A stretch of DNA of 60,101 bases from Promethearchaeota archaeon (GTDB lineage: Archaea > Asgardarchaeota > Lokiarchaeia > Sigyniarchaeales > SOKP01), in assembly GCA_048940445.1 (NCBI GenBank), contig JBHLON010000021.1, forward strand, positions 1 through 60,101. Direction: 5' to 3'. Below the pieces are notes generated by a model. The model worked only from the letters and a program-made list of their open reading frames with translations. It searched no databases and was not told the DNA's origin. Position numbers and translations under genes: made by a program. This document shows, piece by piece, positions 32,767-43,090 of the stretch. Numbering within the stretch: the first letter of the stretch is position 1; every line of letters starts with the position of its first letter.

Positions 32767-33309
32767 TTAATCCATTACATCTGTACTTACTCTATCCTCC
32801 GTACTTCTCTTTTTTTTTTGAAAGATTTTATGCTGACGCATTAATTCATCTTCCAAAATTTTAATTTCTCTCCTAGATTTAAAGATTTCTTCCTCTTCAT
32901 TTAAAGAATTAAAAATTTCTTTTTCATTCCTTCCCTGTTTATACAGTATTATAAAATCAGTAATAACTTTCTCATTGAAAAAGATATAATGATCATTAAC
33001 CGAAATAATAGCCCATTTTTTCTTATCTTGTTTATTAATAAGGTTTTGCATTGTAGTCTTGACTTCTTGCAAAGATTGATTTAATTCTTGTGCAATAGCT
33101 CGGTCTTCAATGACCTTATAATCTCTCATGAAATGTAGCATTTTTTTTTTAAAATTAAGGAAAAAGAAATAATAAATAATAAGAGAAAATATGAAGAATA
33201 GGATTAGAATTATGGAAATTATAGGATTATAAAAATAAACTGCAATTATAGGTACTAATACTACATAAAACCAATATTTTTTCACGGCAGATTTTATTTT
33301 ATTAGCCAA
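32767..33309 (-). CDS. Membrane-anchored protein (2 TM) with cytoplasmic winged-helix-like domain
   Basis: N-terminal hydrophobic hairpin then KVIEDRAIAQELNQSLQEVKTTMQNL. Confidence 0.65.
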   Translation of the reverse strand: MANKIKSAVKKYWFYVVLVPIIAVYFYNPIISIILILFFIFSLIIYYFFFLNFKKKMLHFMRDYKVIEDRAIAQELNQSLQEVKTTMQNLINKQDKKKWAIISVNDHYIFFNEKVITDFIILYKQGRNEKEIFNSLNEEEEIFKSRREIKILEDELMRQHKIFQKKKRSTEDRVSTDVMD

Positions 33310-33391
33310 TTCCTACCCCGATTTTATTCTAAAAATAAGGTATATTATAGTAATAAAAAACCCTATATAAAAGTATCATAAAATTATAAAG

Positions 33392-34906
33392 CTATCGAGT
33401 AATTTGAGTTGCGGATTTAAATTTTTGATTTAACGGAGGGGACTTCACCTTTTTTTGACGTTCTTTTATTTTTTCTAGAGCTTCTTGAACCATTTTTTCT
33501 TTTTTTGAATATTTTTCAAATAGTTCAGAAAAGGTGCTAATATCAATGTCTCTGTTATCATATAAAAACTGTAGTTGTTTAATAACTCGTCCTATTGCGG
33601 CTTTTTCATTTCGGAGCGACTCGAATTCATTTATTCGAAATTTTGTATCAGGCTTGAACTTTAATAATTCCTGCAATTCACTTTGTTCAAGTCTTGTTGA
33701 GGGAAATTTAGTTAAATACATTGTAGATTTTGGAGCAATAAGGGGAGTATTCTCAGGAATAATGACAATCGGTTCAGGGTCATCTATCCTTTTAGCATCA
33801 ATTGTTTTAATAGCAGGAACATCATTTTCAATAATTTCTTTATTAACTAAAGATAAATAACCAATTAATTGTTTTCTTCGTTCCTCAGATAATTCTTCAG
33901 AGTGGGTAACTAGATCTTCCCATATAGCTTCTGCTTCAAGAAAGTAATAATTCGCTTTTTGTAACAGCGACTGAGACTGTTTTGATTGTTGATCATTAAA
34001 TAGTGATCTCGCCTTCATTAAACAAGCTTTCCCGTTATAATAGCTGATTAAAGCTTGTATCTGTTGTATTTTTTTTGGCTCGTGCTGTTTTAGGTAATAA
34101 AAGCGTTTCAATAGAGCAACTAATCCCGAATACATTTTAGAAGTTAGAGTATAATTTTTATTTTCTTCTTCTTCAATTCTAATTGCAAGGTGTTGAGCTA
34201 GAAATCGTGATTCTTCGGATTTTAACTCAAGATATTCTGCAGACAAACAAGTACCAATATCCTCTTGGCGAGTGTGTGCTGTACTAAAATAAGACGCCGT
34301 TTTATAAGCTTTACTACATTGTACCATGCACAATACTGCATTTTGAATCATATTTTCTTCCTCATAATCTTTAGACATGAATGAATAAGCTTGAGCTAGA
34401 ACCCATAAGGCGCGAGCACATTCGAAGTTTAAATCCCAGATTTTTATTTCTCGATTTTCAATCGAGTCATAAAAAGTGGGGTATATATCTAAATCTTTAA
34501 AAATTTTTACTTGACTATAAAGCTTATAGTTCACATTTAGTAATGTAATATATTCATATACATGGTTGACAGACTTCATAGTAATTATTGATATATCATC
34601 TTTCAATGACTCATCAAGCTTTCTTATTTTATGATAGCAATAACGAATTTTTTGCATATGTTCTTCTGAAAAGAAGGATTTCAGTTCAGGAGAAGGAAGA
34701 GGTTTTACATTTTTTGGTCTTTGTTTCAATTTTAATAGCATTTTAGCTCGTGTAATATAATCAAGGGCTAATGATTGATTAATCCCTCTGATAAGGGTTA
34801 ATTCATCTACTTTTGAACACGCTAATTGTTCCACTGTAGTAATACCAGCCGACTTTAAAGATTTTGCACCTTCTTTGCTTAAACCATTTAGTTCTTCAAT
34901 AAACAT
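33392..34906 (-). CDS. HhH domain + Bro1-like helical domain + C-terminal steadiness-box-like hairpin
   Basis: N-terminal IEELNGLS...LKSAGITTVEQLA...IRGI; central LNFECARALW.LAQAYS and LS.E.L.....RFLAQ; C-terminal I..L...D...IDISTF. Confidence 0.6.
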   Translation of the reverse strand: MFIEELNGLSKEGAKSLKSAGITTVEQLACSKVDELTLIRGINQSLALDYITRAKMLLKLKQRPKNVKPLPSPELKSFFSEEHMQKIRYCYHKIRKLDESLKDDISIITMKSVNHVYEYITLLNVNYKLYSQVKIFKDLDIYPTFYDSIENREIKIWDLNFECARALWVLAQAYSFMSKDYEEENMIQNAVLCMVQCSKAYKTASYFSTAHTRQEDIGTCLSAEYLELKSEESRFLAQHLAIRIEEEENKNYTLTSKMYSGLVALLKRFYYLKQHEPKKIQQIQALISYYNGKACLMKARSLFNDQQSKQSQSLLQKANYYFLEAEAIWEDLVTHSEELSEERRKQLIGYLSLVNKEIIENDVPAIKTIDAKRIDDPEPIVIIPENTPLIAPKSTMYLTKFPSTRLEQSELQELLKFKPDTKFRINEFESLRNEKAAIGRVIKQLQFLYDNRDIDISTFSELFEKYSKKEKMVQEALEKIKERQKKVKSPPLNQKFKSATQITR

Positions 34907-35147
34907 TATTGGACCTCAAAATTTATAATAGATGTTTTAAATGATGTGTATAAATAATATAGGTAAGGTCACTTTTTAAACTATCTTTCCCTTTTTCACG
35001 GGACAAAAAGGAATTCCCACACTTAAAGATTTTTATATAGTGTAAACATTTAGTTCAATATCTATAGAATATTTAATTCTCCTATGCGAAATAATTAGAA
35101 TGTTATGTTTAGGTATTTAATATATCTATATTTCACAAATTAACTTA

Positions 35148-38100
35148 ATGATGAATATGCAATTAATTGAACATAGAAAAAAGTCGATTAAAACCATTTT
35201 ATTAATTGGATTATTTTTATTTTTTAATCTTACTCCAATTATGCAATATCTAATCCCCAACGGAACAGAGAAAGATAAAATTCATGATGATATAACTCCC
35301 TCCCTCTCTGAGACGAATAAAGCATATATTCATATTGATAATAATTGGACTGAGACGGCAGCTTTTTATGATTGGTGCATAGGCTTAGGATCTTGGAATG
35401 ATCCGTTTATCATAAAAGATTTAGAAATACATATAAATAGTTCAATTGCAGGGATTTACATCAATAACTCTCAAAATGTTTATTTTATTATAAAAGATTG
35501 TTTAGTGAGCAATAATTCTACGAAAGCATTAAGTGCTGGGATAAGATTGGAAAATTGTATTAATGGTAGAATTACGGATTGCGTATCTAATCGCAATTCA
35601 GTTGGGATTATGCTTATTAATAATTATAATTCATCCATTGATAATTGTAATGTCTCTTCTAATAATTTCGGAGTATACATTGAACAGAGTAGTAGTGATA
35701 TTAGCATCTATGAAAATAATATCTTAAACAATGTAATTCAAGGAGTCAATATTACAAATTCTAACGATAATTTAATCTACAATAACAATTTTAAAAACAA
35801 TACAATGCATGCAATTGATTTGGGTGCAAATAATGCTTGGAATAAAGAGGATCAAGGAAATTATTGGGATGATTATGATGGGAAAGATGCGGATGATAAT
35901 GGAATAGGAGATTCTCCATACATAATTTCTGGTTCTGCAGGAGGGCACGATAATTATCCCATTTGGTGGGATGCCCCTGTTATTAATGTAATTTCCCCCC
36001 TCCCCTACTCATTATTTGGAGTTTTACCGCTTAACTTTAGTGTCTCTTTAGAAGAAGGAGTAAGCCATAGTTGGTGGTATATGATTGATACAAATCCAAC
36101 CAAGAATCAATTCATCACAAATGGGTCAATTGATCCGCTTCTTTGGAGTCTAATGGTAAACGGTTCACATACTATTTTCTTTTATGTCAATGATAGTAGA
36201 GGATACGAAGATTTTGAAGCAATAGTTATTTATAAGGATATTGAAACACCTTCGATTGACATTATCTTTCCTGAAAGTAATTTCATATTTGGAAATAGTT
36301 CATGTAATTATACTATTGTCATCCTCGAATCGAATCTTAATTCAACTTGGTACAAAGTAAATAATGGATCTTCAGTTTACTTTAATGGAATTTCTGGCTT
36401 GAATTATGGTGTTATTTCCGAAAATGAATGGACTTTACAACCTAATGGCTCTATTGTAATAGAATTCTTTGCTAATGACACTATGGGCAATCTAGGAAAG
36501 ATTAACGTAACTGTATACAAAGATATTATCCCACCCATTATTGAACTCGATAAACCAACTCAATTTGAAATCTTTGGGATGGGTCCTCCAGAATGTAATG
36601 TATCTTTTTATGATATAAACGGAGTGAACACAACATGGTATTATTTAACTGATGGAATTACAATAACTCCAACGAGAGAATGGACCGGTGGTATTTATAC
36701 TGAAGATTGGAATGCAATGTCTAACGGAACGGTGACCATTTTCTTTTATGCTAATGATACATTAGGCAATATTGCGTCAGTTAATATATCGATTTACAAA
36801 GATATCATTGCTCCCAGTATTCTTATTAGTGAACCACATCCATACGATCTAGTTGGAGGTAATCCACCTATATGTGATGTGACTTTTTATGATAGAAATG
36901 AAGTCAATACTACCTGGTATCAGTTAACTAATGGTACTTTCACCACAAATTCACGAATATGGACTGGAACAATTGATACTAACGATTGGAGTATGCTACC
37001 GAACGGTACAATTACGATTATTTTTTATGCAAATGATAGCTTAGGAAATATTAATTCTGAAAGTGTTGTTATTTATAAGGATATTATATCTCCTTATATT
37101 ACAATTAATGAGCCAAAAACCAATGAAATCTATGGTCAAAATCCACCTGATTGTGATTTGACTCTATATGATATTAATTTCATTGATAACGTATGGTATA
37201 AATTAACCGATGGAACCACAACTACGAGCGTTCGTGATTGGATGGGTGCTATCAATCTGAATGATTGGAACGCCATGAATAATGGCACTGTCACCATCAC
37301 TTTTTATGCAAATGATACCTTAGGCAATATAGCGACAGCTAACGTTTCTGTATATAAAGACATTATACCTCCCTCTATAACTATTGATAAACCAAATCCT
37401 CATGAAGTATTTGGTGAATCTCAACCAGAATGTAACGTATTATTCGAAGATACTAATGGAGTGGATTCCACATGGTACCAACTAACTGATGGTACAATCA
37501 CCACTGCTGTTCGCGAATGGACTGGAATAATTGCTCCTTCCGATTGGACAACATTAGGCAATGGCACAATCACTATCCTTTTTTATGCAAATGATACTCT
37601 GGGCAATGTAGCGAATAATAATGTCTCAGTTTATAAGGATATCATTGCTCCAATCATAACTATAATTAAACCTGGTCTCCATGATGTATTTGGTGAATCT
37701 CAACCAGAATGTAACGTATTATTCGAAGATACTAATGGAGTGGATTCCACATGGTACCAACTAACTGATGGTACAATCACCACTGCTGTTCGCGAATGGA
37801 CTGGAATAATTGCTCCTTCCGATTGGACAACATTAGGCAATGGCACAATCACTATCCTTTTTTATGCAAATGATACATTAGGCAATATAGCGAATACTAA
37901 TGTCTCAGTTTATAAAGATATCATTTCTCCTTCCATAATTATTAATGAGCCAAAATCCTATGAGCTCTACGGCCAAAATCCACCTGATTGTGATTTGACT
38001 CTATATGATATTAATTTCATTGATAACGTATGGTATAAATTAACCGATGGAACCACAACTACGAGCGTTCGTGATTGGATGGGTGCTATCAATCTGAATG

Positions 38101-41100
38101 ATTGGAACGCCATGAATAATGGCACTGTCACCATCACTTTTTATGCAAATGATACCTTAGGCAATATAGCGACAGTTAACGTTTCTGTATATAAAGACAT
38201 TATACCTCCCTCTATAACTATTGATAAACCAAATCCTCATGAAATATTTGGTCAGGCTGTCCCTGATTGTGATTTAACCTTATATGATAGAAATTCTATT
38301 GATTTTGCATGGTATCAGTTAACAAATGGTATTTTTACTACTGCAATTCGTGAATGGACAGGTATTATTCACATTGATGACTGGAATGCTATGCCTAATG
38401 GAACAGTGACTATTATCTTTTATGCTAATGATACATTAGGCAATATAGGGACATCTAGTGTATCAATCTATAAAGATATCATTGCTCCCAGTATTCTTAT
38501 TAGTGAACCACATCCATACGATCTAGTTGGAGGTAATCCACCTATATGTGATGTGACTTTTTATGATAGAAATGAAGTCAATACTACTTGGTATCAGTTA
38601 ACTAATGGTACTTTCACCACAAATTCACGAATATGGACTGGTTTAATTGATGTCGATGATTGGAATATGATGGTGAATGGGTCTGTGATTTTCATATTAT
38701 ATGCAAATGACAGCGTTGGAAACATAAACTATGAGAGTGTTCTCTTACATAAAGATATTATATCCCCAATCATTATTGTTAACGAGCCTCACTCTCATAA
38801 TGTTTTTGGTCAAATTCCTCCTGATTGTGATTTAACCTTATATGATAGAAATTCTATCGACTACGTGTGGTATCAGTTAACAGATGGCACCCTGACTACA
38901 ACAATTCGCGAATGGACGGGTATTATTCATATTAATGATTGGAATGCAATGTCTAACGGAACAGTGACTATCTCTTTTTATGCTAATGATACTGTTGGCA
39001 ATATAGGGGTATCTAATATATCAATCTACAAGGATATAATAGGTCCGGATATTAATATCATCAATCCAATGCCCCATAGTGTATTTGGGATAAATCCACC
39101 AATATGTGATGTGACTTTTTATGATAGAAATGAAGTTAGTACTACTTGGTATCAATTAACTAATGGCACTTTTACTACAAATTCACGGATCTGGTCTGGA
39201 TCAATTGATATTGATGATTGGAATTTGATGGCAAATGGATCTGTGATTTTTATATTATATGCGAATGATAGTGTTGGAAACATAAATTTTAACAGTATTT
39301 TCTTATATAAAGACATTATATCCCCAATAATCATTATTAATGAGCCTCAATCTTACGAGATCTTTGGCCAAATTCCTCCTATTTGTGATTTAACCTTATA
39401 TGATATTAATTTCATTGATAATGTATGGTACGAGTTAGCCGATGAAATTACAACTACAAATTCTCGTAACTGGACTGGGATTATTCATATTGATGATTGG
39501 AATGCAATGTCTAACGGAACAGTGACTATATTTTTTTATACTAATGATACATTAGGTAATATAGCTACTGCTAATATTTCAGTATATAAAGATATTATAT
39601 CTCCAATCATCATTATTAATGAGCCTCAATCTTACGAGATCTTTGGGCAAATTCCTCCTTATTGTGATTTAACCTTATATGACGGAAATTCAATTGATGA
39701 TGTATGGTATCAGCTAACCGATGGGACCATTACTACAGCAATTCGTGAATGGACTGGTATAATTCACAATGATGATTGGGGCGCAATGTCTAACGGAACA
39801 GTGACTATTACATTTTATGCTAATGATACTGTTGGCAATATTGGAACAGCTAATGTTTCAATTTACAAAGATATAATTGGACCATATATTAATGTCATCA
39901 ATCCGGCCTCCCATAGTGTATTTGGGATAAATCCTCCTGTTTGTGATGTAACTTTTTATGATAGAAATGATGTAAATACTACGTGGTACCAATTAACAGA
40001 TGGTATAACCACGACATCTCCAAGAATTTGGAGTGGCTGGATTTATATTGATGACTGGAATGCAATGTCTAATGGATCAATCACTCTTATCTTTTATGCT
40101 AATGATACCGTTGGTAATATCGGGATGATTGAAGTTTCAATTTACAAAGATATAATTGGTCCATATATTAATATAATTAATCCAACACCCAATTCCGTAT
40201 TCGGAAAACCAGTGCCTAGTTGCACCGTAACTTTTTATGACATTAATGGTTTAGATACAACATGGTATCAATTAACTAATGGTGTTATTACAACTCCTCT
40301 CCGAGAATGGACTAATTTTATCTATACAAGTGATTGGAATGCAATGCCTAATGGAACTGTTTTTATTGTCTTCTTCGCTAATGACACGCTCGATAATATG
40401 ATTTCAGTCAATGTTAGTATATATAAAGATAGTATCTCTCCAGTAATCATTATAAATGATCCGCAACAAGGTCAGTTATATGGAATAACAGCTCCAATGA
40501 TTAATATAAGCGTAAGTGATGCCCATCTTGAAAGTGTCTGGTATCAATTGGATAATGGGTCTATTATCACTCCATATCAAGAATGGTTCGGTTCTATTTC
40601 TCAAGAAGATTGGGACCTGATAGGAAATGGAACTGTAATTGTTCGGTTTATTGCCTATGATTCTGTTAATAATTTAGCCTCAGCTACATTGACTCTCAGG
40701 AAAAATATATTTGATCCCGTTATTATTATATTAGATCCTGTCGAGAATGAATTAACAGGTTTAAATCCACCAGACATAATTCTTTATATTAGTTCTGCAT
40801 CTACAGATACAATTTGGTATCAGATATATAATGCTACTTTCTCTACATCAAGTATAATATGGGACGGCTCCATAAATCTTATAGCTTGGCAAACCTTTGG
40901 AAATGGATCATTAAGCATAATATTTTATATGAACGACACTCTTGGAAATGTAGGATTTGATGTTGTTCTATTGAGAAAAGACACCATATCACCAATTCTT
41001 TTAATCAACTCTCCTACGCCTTTTACCTTATATGGGCTTACTCCTCCAAACGTAAGTATTACTTGTTATGACGAAAACTCAATCTCCTCTATTTCTTATC

Positions 41101-42338
41101 AATTGACAAATGGTGTAACCACTACGTCTTCAAGAATTTGGGATGGCTCGATTCATATTGATGATTGGAATGCTATTGGCAATGGTACGGTAACTATTAT
41201 ATTTTGTGCTGAAGATGTTGTTGGCAATCAAGTTTTTGCTAATCTTACAGTCAGAAAAGACATTATTTCTCCTGATGTGTTTATTTATTATCCTAAAACA
41301 GGTCAATTATATGGTTATCAAAAGCCTTCAGTCTTCTTTTATGTAATTGAAGGAAGTGGCGTTTCTGAGATTTCATATCAATTGATTAGCGATACCTCAA
41401 GTTCTGCAATAATAAATTGGAACGGTGAAATTGCCCAAAGCTTATGGAATGAATTTGGTAACGGCACAATTACTATTTTTATTTATGCTATAGACATCAT
41501 GGGGAATCAAGGCGTTGATTTTGTTATAGTTCGGAAGGATATCATTGCTCCAACCATAATTATAATTAAACCCGGATTATACGATGTGTTTGGTGAATCT
41601 CAACCTGAATGTAATGTATCATTTGAAGATATTAATGGAGTGCATTCCACATGGTACCAACTAACTGATGGAACATTTACCACAAATTCACGAATCTGGT
41701 CTGGATCAATCGATCTTGATGATTGGACAGCATTTGGTAATGGCTCAATCACAATCATTTTTTATGCAGATGATATTTTAGGTAATGTAGCGTCTGCTAA
41801 TGTCTCAGTATATAAGGATATCATTTCTCCATCTATCTCAATACTATCTCCAGCTAAATATCAGAAAATTGGACGAGATGCTCCATTTTTTGAATTAAAT
41901 ATCTTAGAAGGAAACTTAGACTCTTGCTGGTATAGAATTCTTGGTATTGATACGATTATTCTTTTTTCTGGATCCAACGGAACGATTGATCAAATATTAT
42001 GGGAAACAATATGGGACAATACAGCTTTGAATGGAACTATTACCATTCGCTTTTTCGCAGAGGATCGATTGCATAATCTTAATTATAGTGACGTTACTGT
42101 CTTAAAATATTATGAGTCAGAAACGCCCCCTCAACTCCCCACATTTCCAATTGAGCCTCTAGATCTTTTAGCCCTTGGATGTTTAGGTGGTATAGCGATT
42201 TCGCTCCCTTTAATTGTTACAAGGAGTCGAACTTATAAATCAAGTGATAAAAAGAAGAAACATACATTACAGCGAGTACTTATTCTATCAATTTTTCTAT
42301 TAACTTTAGTAACCATAGTAGTTATCACAACTTACTAA
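35148..42338 (+). CDS. Giant cell-surface protein: signal/TM, NosD-like right-handed beta-helix, ~22 Ig-like repeats, two C-terminal TM helices
   Basis: G.GSWNDPFII, Asn-rich beta-helix, GNYWDDY.G.D...GIGD.PY, repeated KD...P.I.I..P...W...NG...FYAND..GN. Confidence 0.9.
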   Translation: MMNMQLIEHRKKSIKTILLIGLFLFFNLTPIMQYLIPNGTEKDKIHDDITPSLSETNKAYIHIDNNWTETAAFYDWCIGLGSWNDPFIIKDLEIHINSSIAGIYINNSQNVYFIIKDCLVSNNSTKALSAGIRLENCINGRITDCVSNRNSVGIMLINNYNSSIDNCNVSSNNFGVYIEQSSSDISIYENNILNNVIQGVNITNSNDNLIYNNNFKNNTMHAIDLGANNAWNKEDQGNYWDDYDGKDADDNGIGDSPYIISGSAGGHDNYPIWWDAPVINVISPLPYSLFGVLPLNFSVSLEEGVSHSWWYMIDTNPTKNQFITNGSIDPLLWSLMVNGSHTIFFYVNDSRGYEDFEAIVIYKDIETPSIDIIFPESNFIFGNSSCNYTIVILESNLNSTWYKVNNGSSVYFNGISGLNYGVISENEWTLQPNGSIVIEFFANDTMGNLGKINVTVYKDIIPPIIELDKPTQFEIFGMGPPECNVSFYDINGVNTTWYYLTDGITITPTREWTGGIYTEDWNAMSNGTVTIFFYANDTLGNIASVNISIYKDIIAPSILISEPHPYDLVGGNPPICDVTFYDRNEVNTTWYQLTNGTFTTNSRIWTGTIDTNDWSMLPNGTITIIFYANDSLGNINSESVVIYKDIISPYITINEPKTNEIYGQNPPDCDLTLYDINFIDNVWYKLTDGTTTTSVRDWMGAINLNDWNAMNNGTVTITFYANDTLGNIATANVSVYKDIIPPSITIDKPNPHEVFGESQPECNVLFEDTNGVDSTWYQLTDGTITTAVREWTGIIAPSDWTTLGNGTITILFYANDTLGNVANNNVSVYKDIIAPIITIIKPGLHDVFGESQPECNVLFEDTNGVDSTWYQLTDGTITTAVREWTGIIAPSDWTTLGNGTITILFYANDTLGNIANTNVSVYKDIISPSIIINEPKSYELYGQNPPDCDLTLYDINFIDNVWYKLTDGTTTTSVRDWMGAINLNDWNAMNNGTVTITFYANDTLGNIATVNVSVYKDIIPPSITIDKPNPHEIFGQAVPDCDLTLYDRNSIDFAWYQLTNGIFTTAIREWTGIIHIDDWNAMPNGTVTIIFYANDTLGNIGTSSVSIYKDIIAPSILISEPHPYDLVGGNPPICDVTFYDRNEVNTTWYQLTNGTFTTNSRIWTGLIDVDDWNMMVNGSVIFILYANDSVGNINYESVLLHKDIISPIIIVNEPHSHNVFGQIPPDCDLTLYDRNSIDYVWYQLTDGTLTTTIREWTGIIHINDWNAMSNGTVTISFYANDTVGNIGVSNISIYKDIIGPDINIINPMPHSVFGINPPICDVTFYDRNEVSTTWYQLTNGTFTTNSRIWSGSIDIDDWNLMANGSVIFILYANDSVGNINFNSIFLYKDIISPIIIINEPQSYEIFGQIPPICDLTLYDINFIDNVWYELADEITTTNSRNWTGIIHIDDWNAMSNGTVTIFFYTNDTLGNIATANISVYKDIISPIIIINEPQSYEIFGQIPPYCDLTLYDGNSIDDVWYQLTDGTITTAIREWTGIIHNDDWGAMSNGTVTITFYANDTVGNIGTANVSIYKDIIGPYINVINPASHSVFGINPPVCDVTFYDRNDVNTTWYQLTDGITTTSPRIWSGWIYIDDWNAMSNGSITLIFYANDTVGNIGMIEVSIYKDIIGPYINIINPTPNSVFGKPVPSCTVTFYDINGLDTTWYQLTNGVITTPLREWTNFIYTSDWNAMPNGTVFIVFFANDTLDNMISVNVSIYKDSISPVIIINDPQQGQLYGITAPMINISVSDAHLESVWYQLDNGSIITPYQEWFGSISQEDWDLIGNGTVIVRFIAYDSVNNLASATLTLRKNIFDPVIIILDPVENELTGLNPPDIILYISSASTDTIWYQIYNATFSTSSIIWDGSINLIAWQTFGNGSLSIIFYMNDTLGNVGFDVVLLRKDTISPILLINSPTPFTLYGLTPPNVSITCYDENSISSISYQLTNGVTTTSSRIWDGSIHIDDWNAIGNGTVTIIFCAEDVVGNQVFANLTVRKDIISPDVFIYYPKTGQLYGYQKPSVFFYVIEGSGVSEISYQLISDTSSSAIINWNGEIAQSLWNEFGNGTITIFIYAIDIMGNQGVDFVIVRKDIIAPTIIIIKPGLYDVFGESQPECNVSFEDINGVHSTWYQLTDGTFTTNSRIWSGSIDLDDWTAFGNGSITIIFYADDILGNVASANVSVYKDIISPSISILSPAKYQKIGRDAPFFELNILEGNLDSCWYRILGIDTIILFSGSNGTIDQILWETIWDNTALNGTITIRFFAEDRLHNLNYSDVTVLKYYESETPPQLPTFPIEPLDLLALGCLGGIAISLPLIVTRSRTYKSSDKKKKHTLQRVLILSIFLLTLVTIVVITTY
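36519..42110 (+). repeat. Intragenic tandem repeat, unit about 279 bp (93 aa), with near-identical blocks
   Basis: Unit starts at 36519, 36798, 37077 and onward at 279-bp spacing; 37407-37597 = 37686-37876; 37137-37406 ~ 37974-38243; 36798-36967 ~ 38472-38641. Confidence 0.95.
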
Positions 42339-42407
42339 AGATGACAACTTTGATTACTCTTTTTAATAGATCTCATTTCACTTGTTATGTCTAGTGATAA
42401 TAGTTTC

Positions 42408-42929
42408 TCATGAATATAATGCAGGATCTGCTAAATCACTAGGTTCTAAGTACTTTTTATCTATTTTATCGATGCAATATTCTTCCATTAAAAAGTGACA
42501 ATAAAGTGTTGAGTTATAAATTTTCCGAACAGTCTTGAAAAATCGATCTTTTGATATAAATCCACTTTCTTCCAAATATATTTGATCTGTTATTTGATAT
42601 CGATTTAATGTTAACTCAAGTCGAAATAAAAGGTTATTTTGGAGTAAAAATTTACGTAATTCGATATAAAATTGGGTTTTTTTGTTAGGTTCTATGGCAT
42701 CGAGAGCTTGAACAAACACATCTTGTATTTGAACTCCTAATGAAATCGTAATATAATCTTTATCTTTAGGCATAATAACTTGTAATGGATGCCTTTGCTG
42801 CCCAGTGGGAAACCCAAAAACATAACCAAATTCAATTTTAGGATCAGTTATTTTTTTTCTTAATATATTTTCGCCTTCTAAATATTTTAACAGAAGATCT
42901 TCCGCTTTTTTACTTTTTTGGCTTGTCAA
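42408..42929 (-). CDS. DUF2299-like protein (probable TTG start at 42929)
   Basis: YLEGENIL.KKI.D...EFG..F..P, PK.KD, IY..D....D.FFK..RK pattern; ORF extension to 43058 looks non-coding. Confidence 0.6.
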   Translation of the reverse strand: MTSQKSKKAEDLLLKYLEGENILRKKITDPKIEFGYVFGFPTGQQRHPLQVIMPKDKDYITISLGVQIQDVFVQALDAIEPNKKTQFYIELRKFLLQNNLLFRLELTLNRYQITDQIYLEESGFISKDRFFKTVRKIYNSTLYCHFLMEEYCIDKIDKKYLEPSDLADPALYS

Positions 42930-43090
42930 CGTTAAATCTAATATAGAGCATATTAAATAAAAAGTTAACTTATGATTTAAACCGAAAGATATAAAAAAAA
43001 AAAGAGTAGAATTAATCGTCGCATAGTTAACTGGCGATGAGAATTGTGATAACCTCATGGGGAGTTGGGGATTTTCTTAATACAATCATG

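Noticed and set aside
36519-42110. Repeats as a CRISPR array or as the template/variable repeats of a diversity-generating retroelement
   Set aside because: Units are in-frame 279-bp coding repeats without spacers; the mismatches seen between near-identical copies are C/T rather than adenine-specific; no reverse transcriptase or cas gene in the window
42930-43058. N-terminal 43 aa of the 216-aa ORF in the track
   Set aside because: Runs through a poly-T tract and a hairpin; likely non-coding, so the TTG at 42929 is preferred
43008-43075. SECIS element or fluoride riboswitch
   Set aside because: AUGA/GA are present but helix II does not pair, and no in-frame UGA selenoprotein candidate is adjacent; GGCGATGAG lacks the complementary strand and downstream motif of the crcB riboswitch
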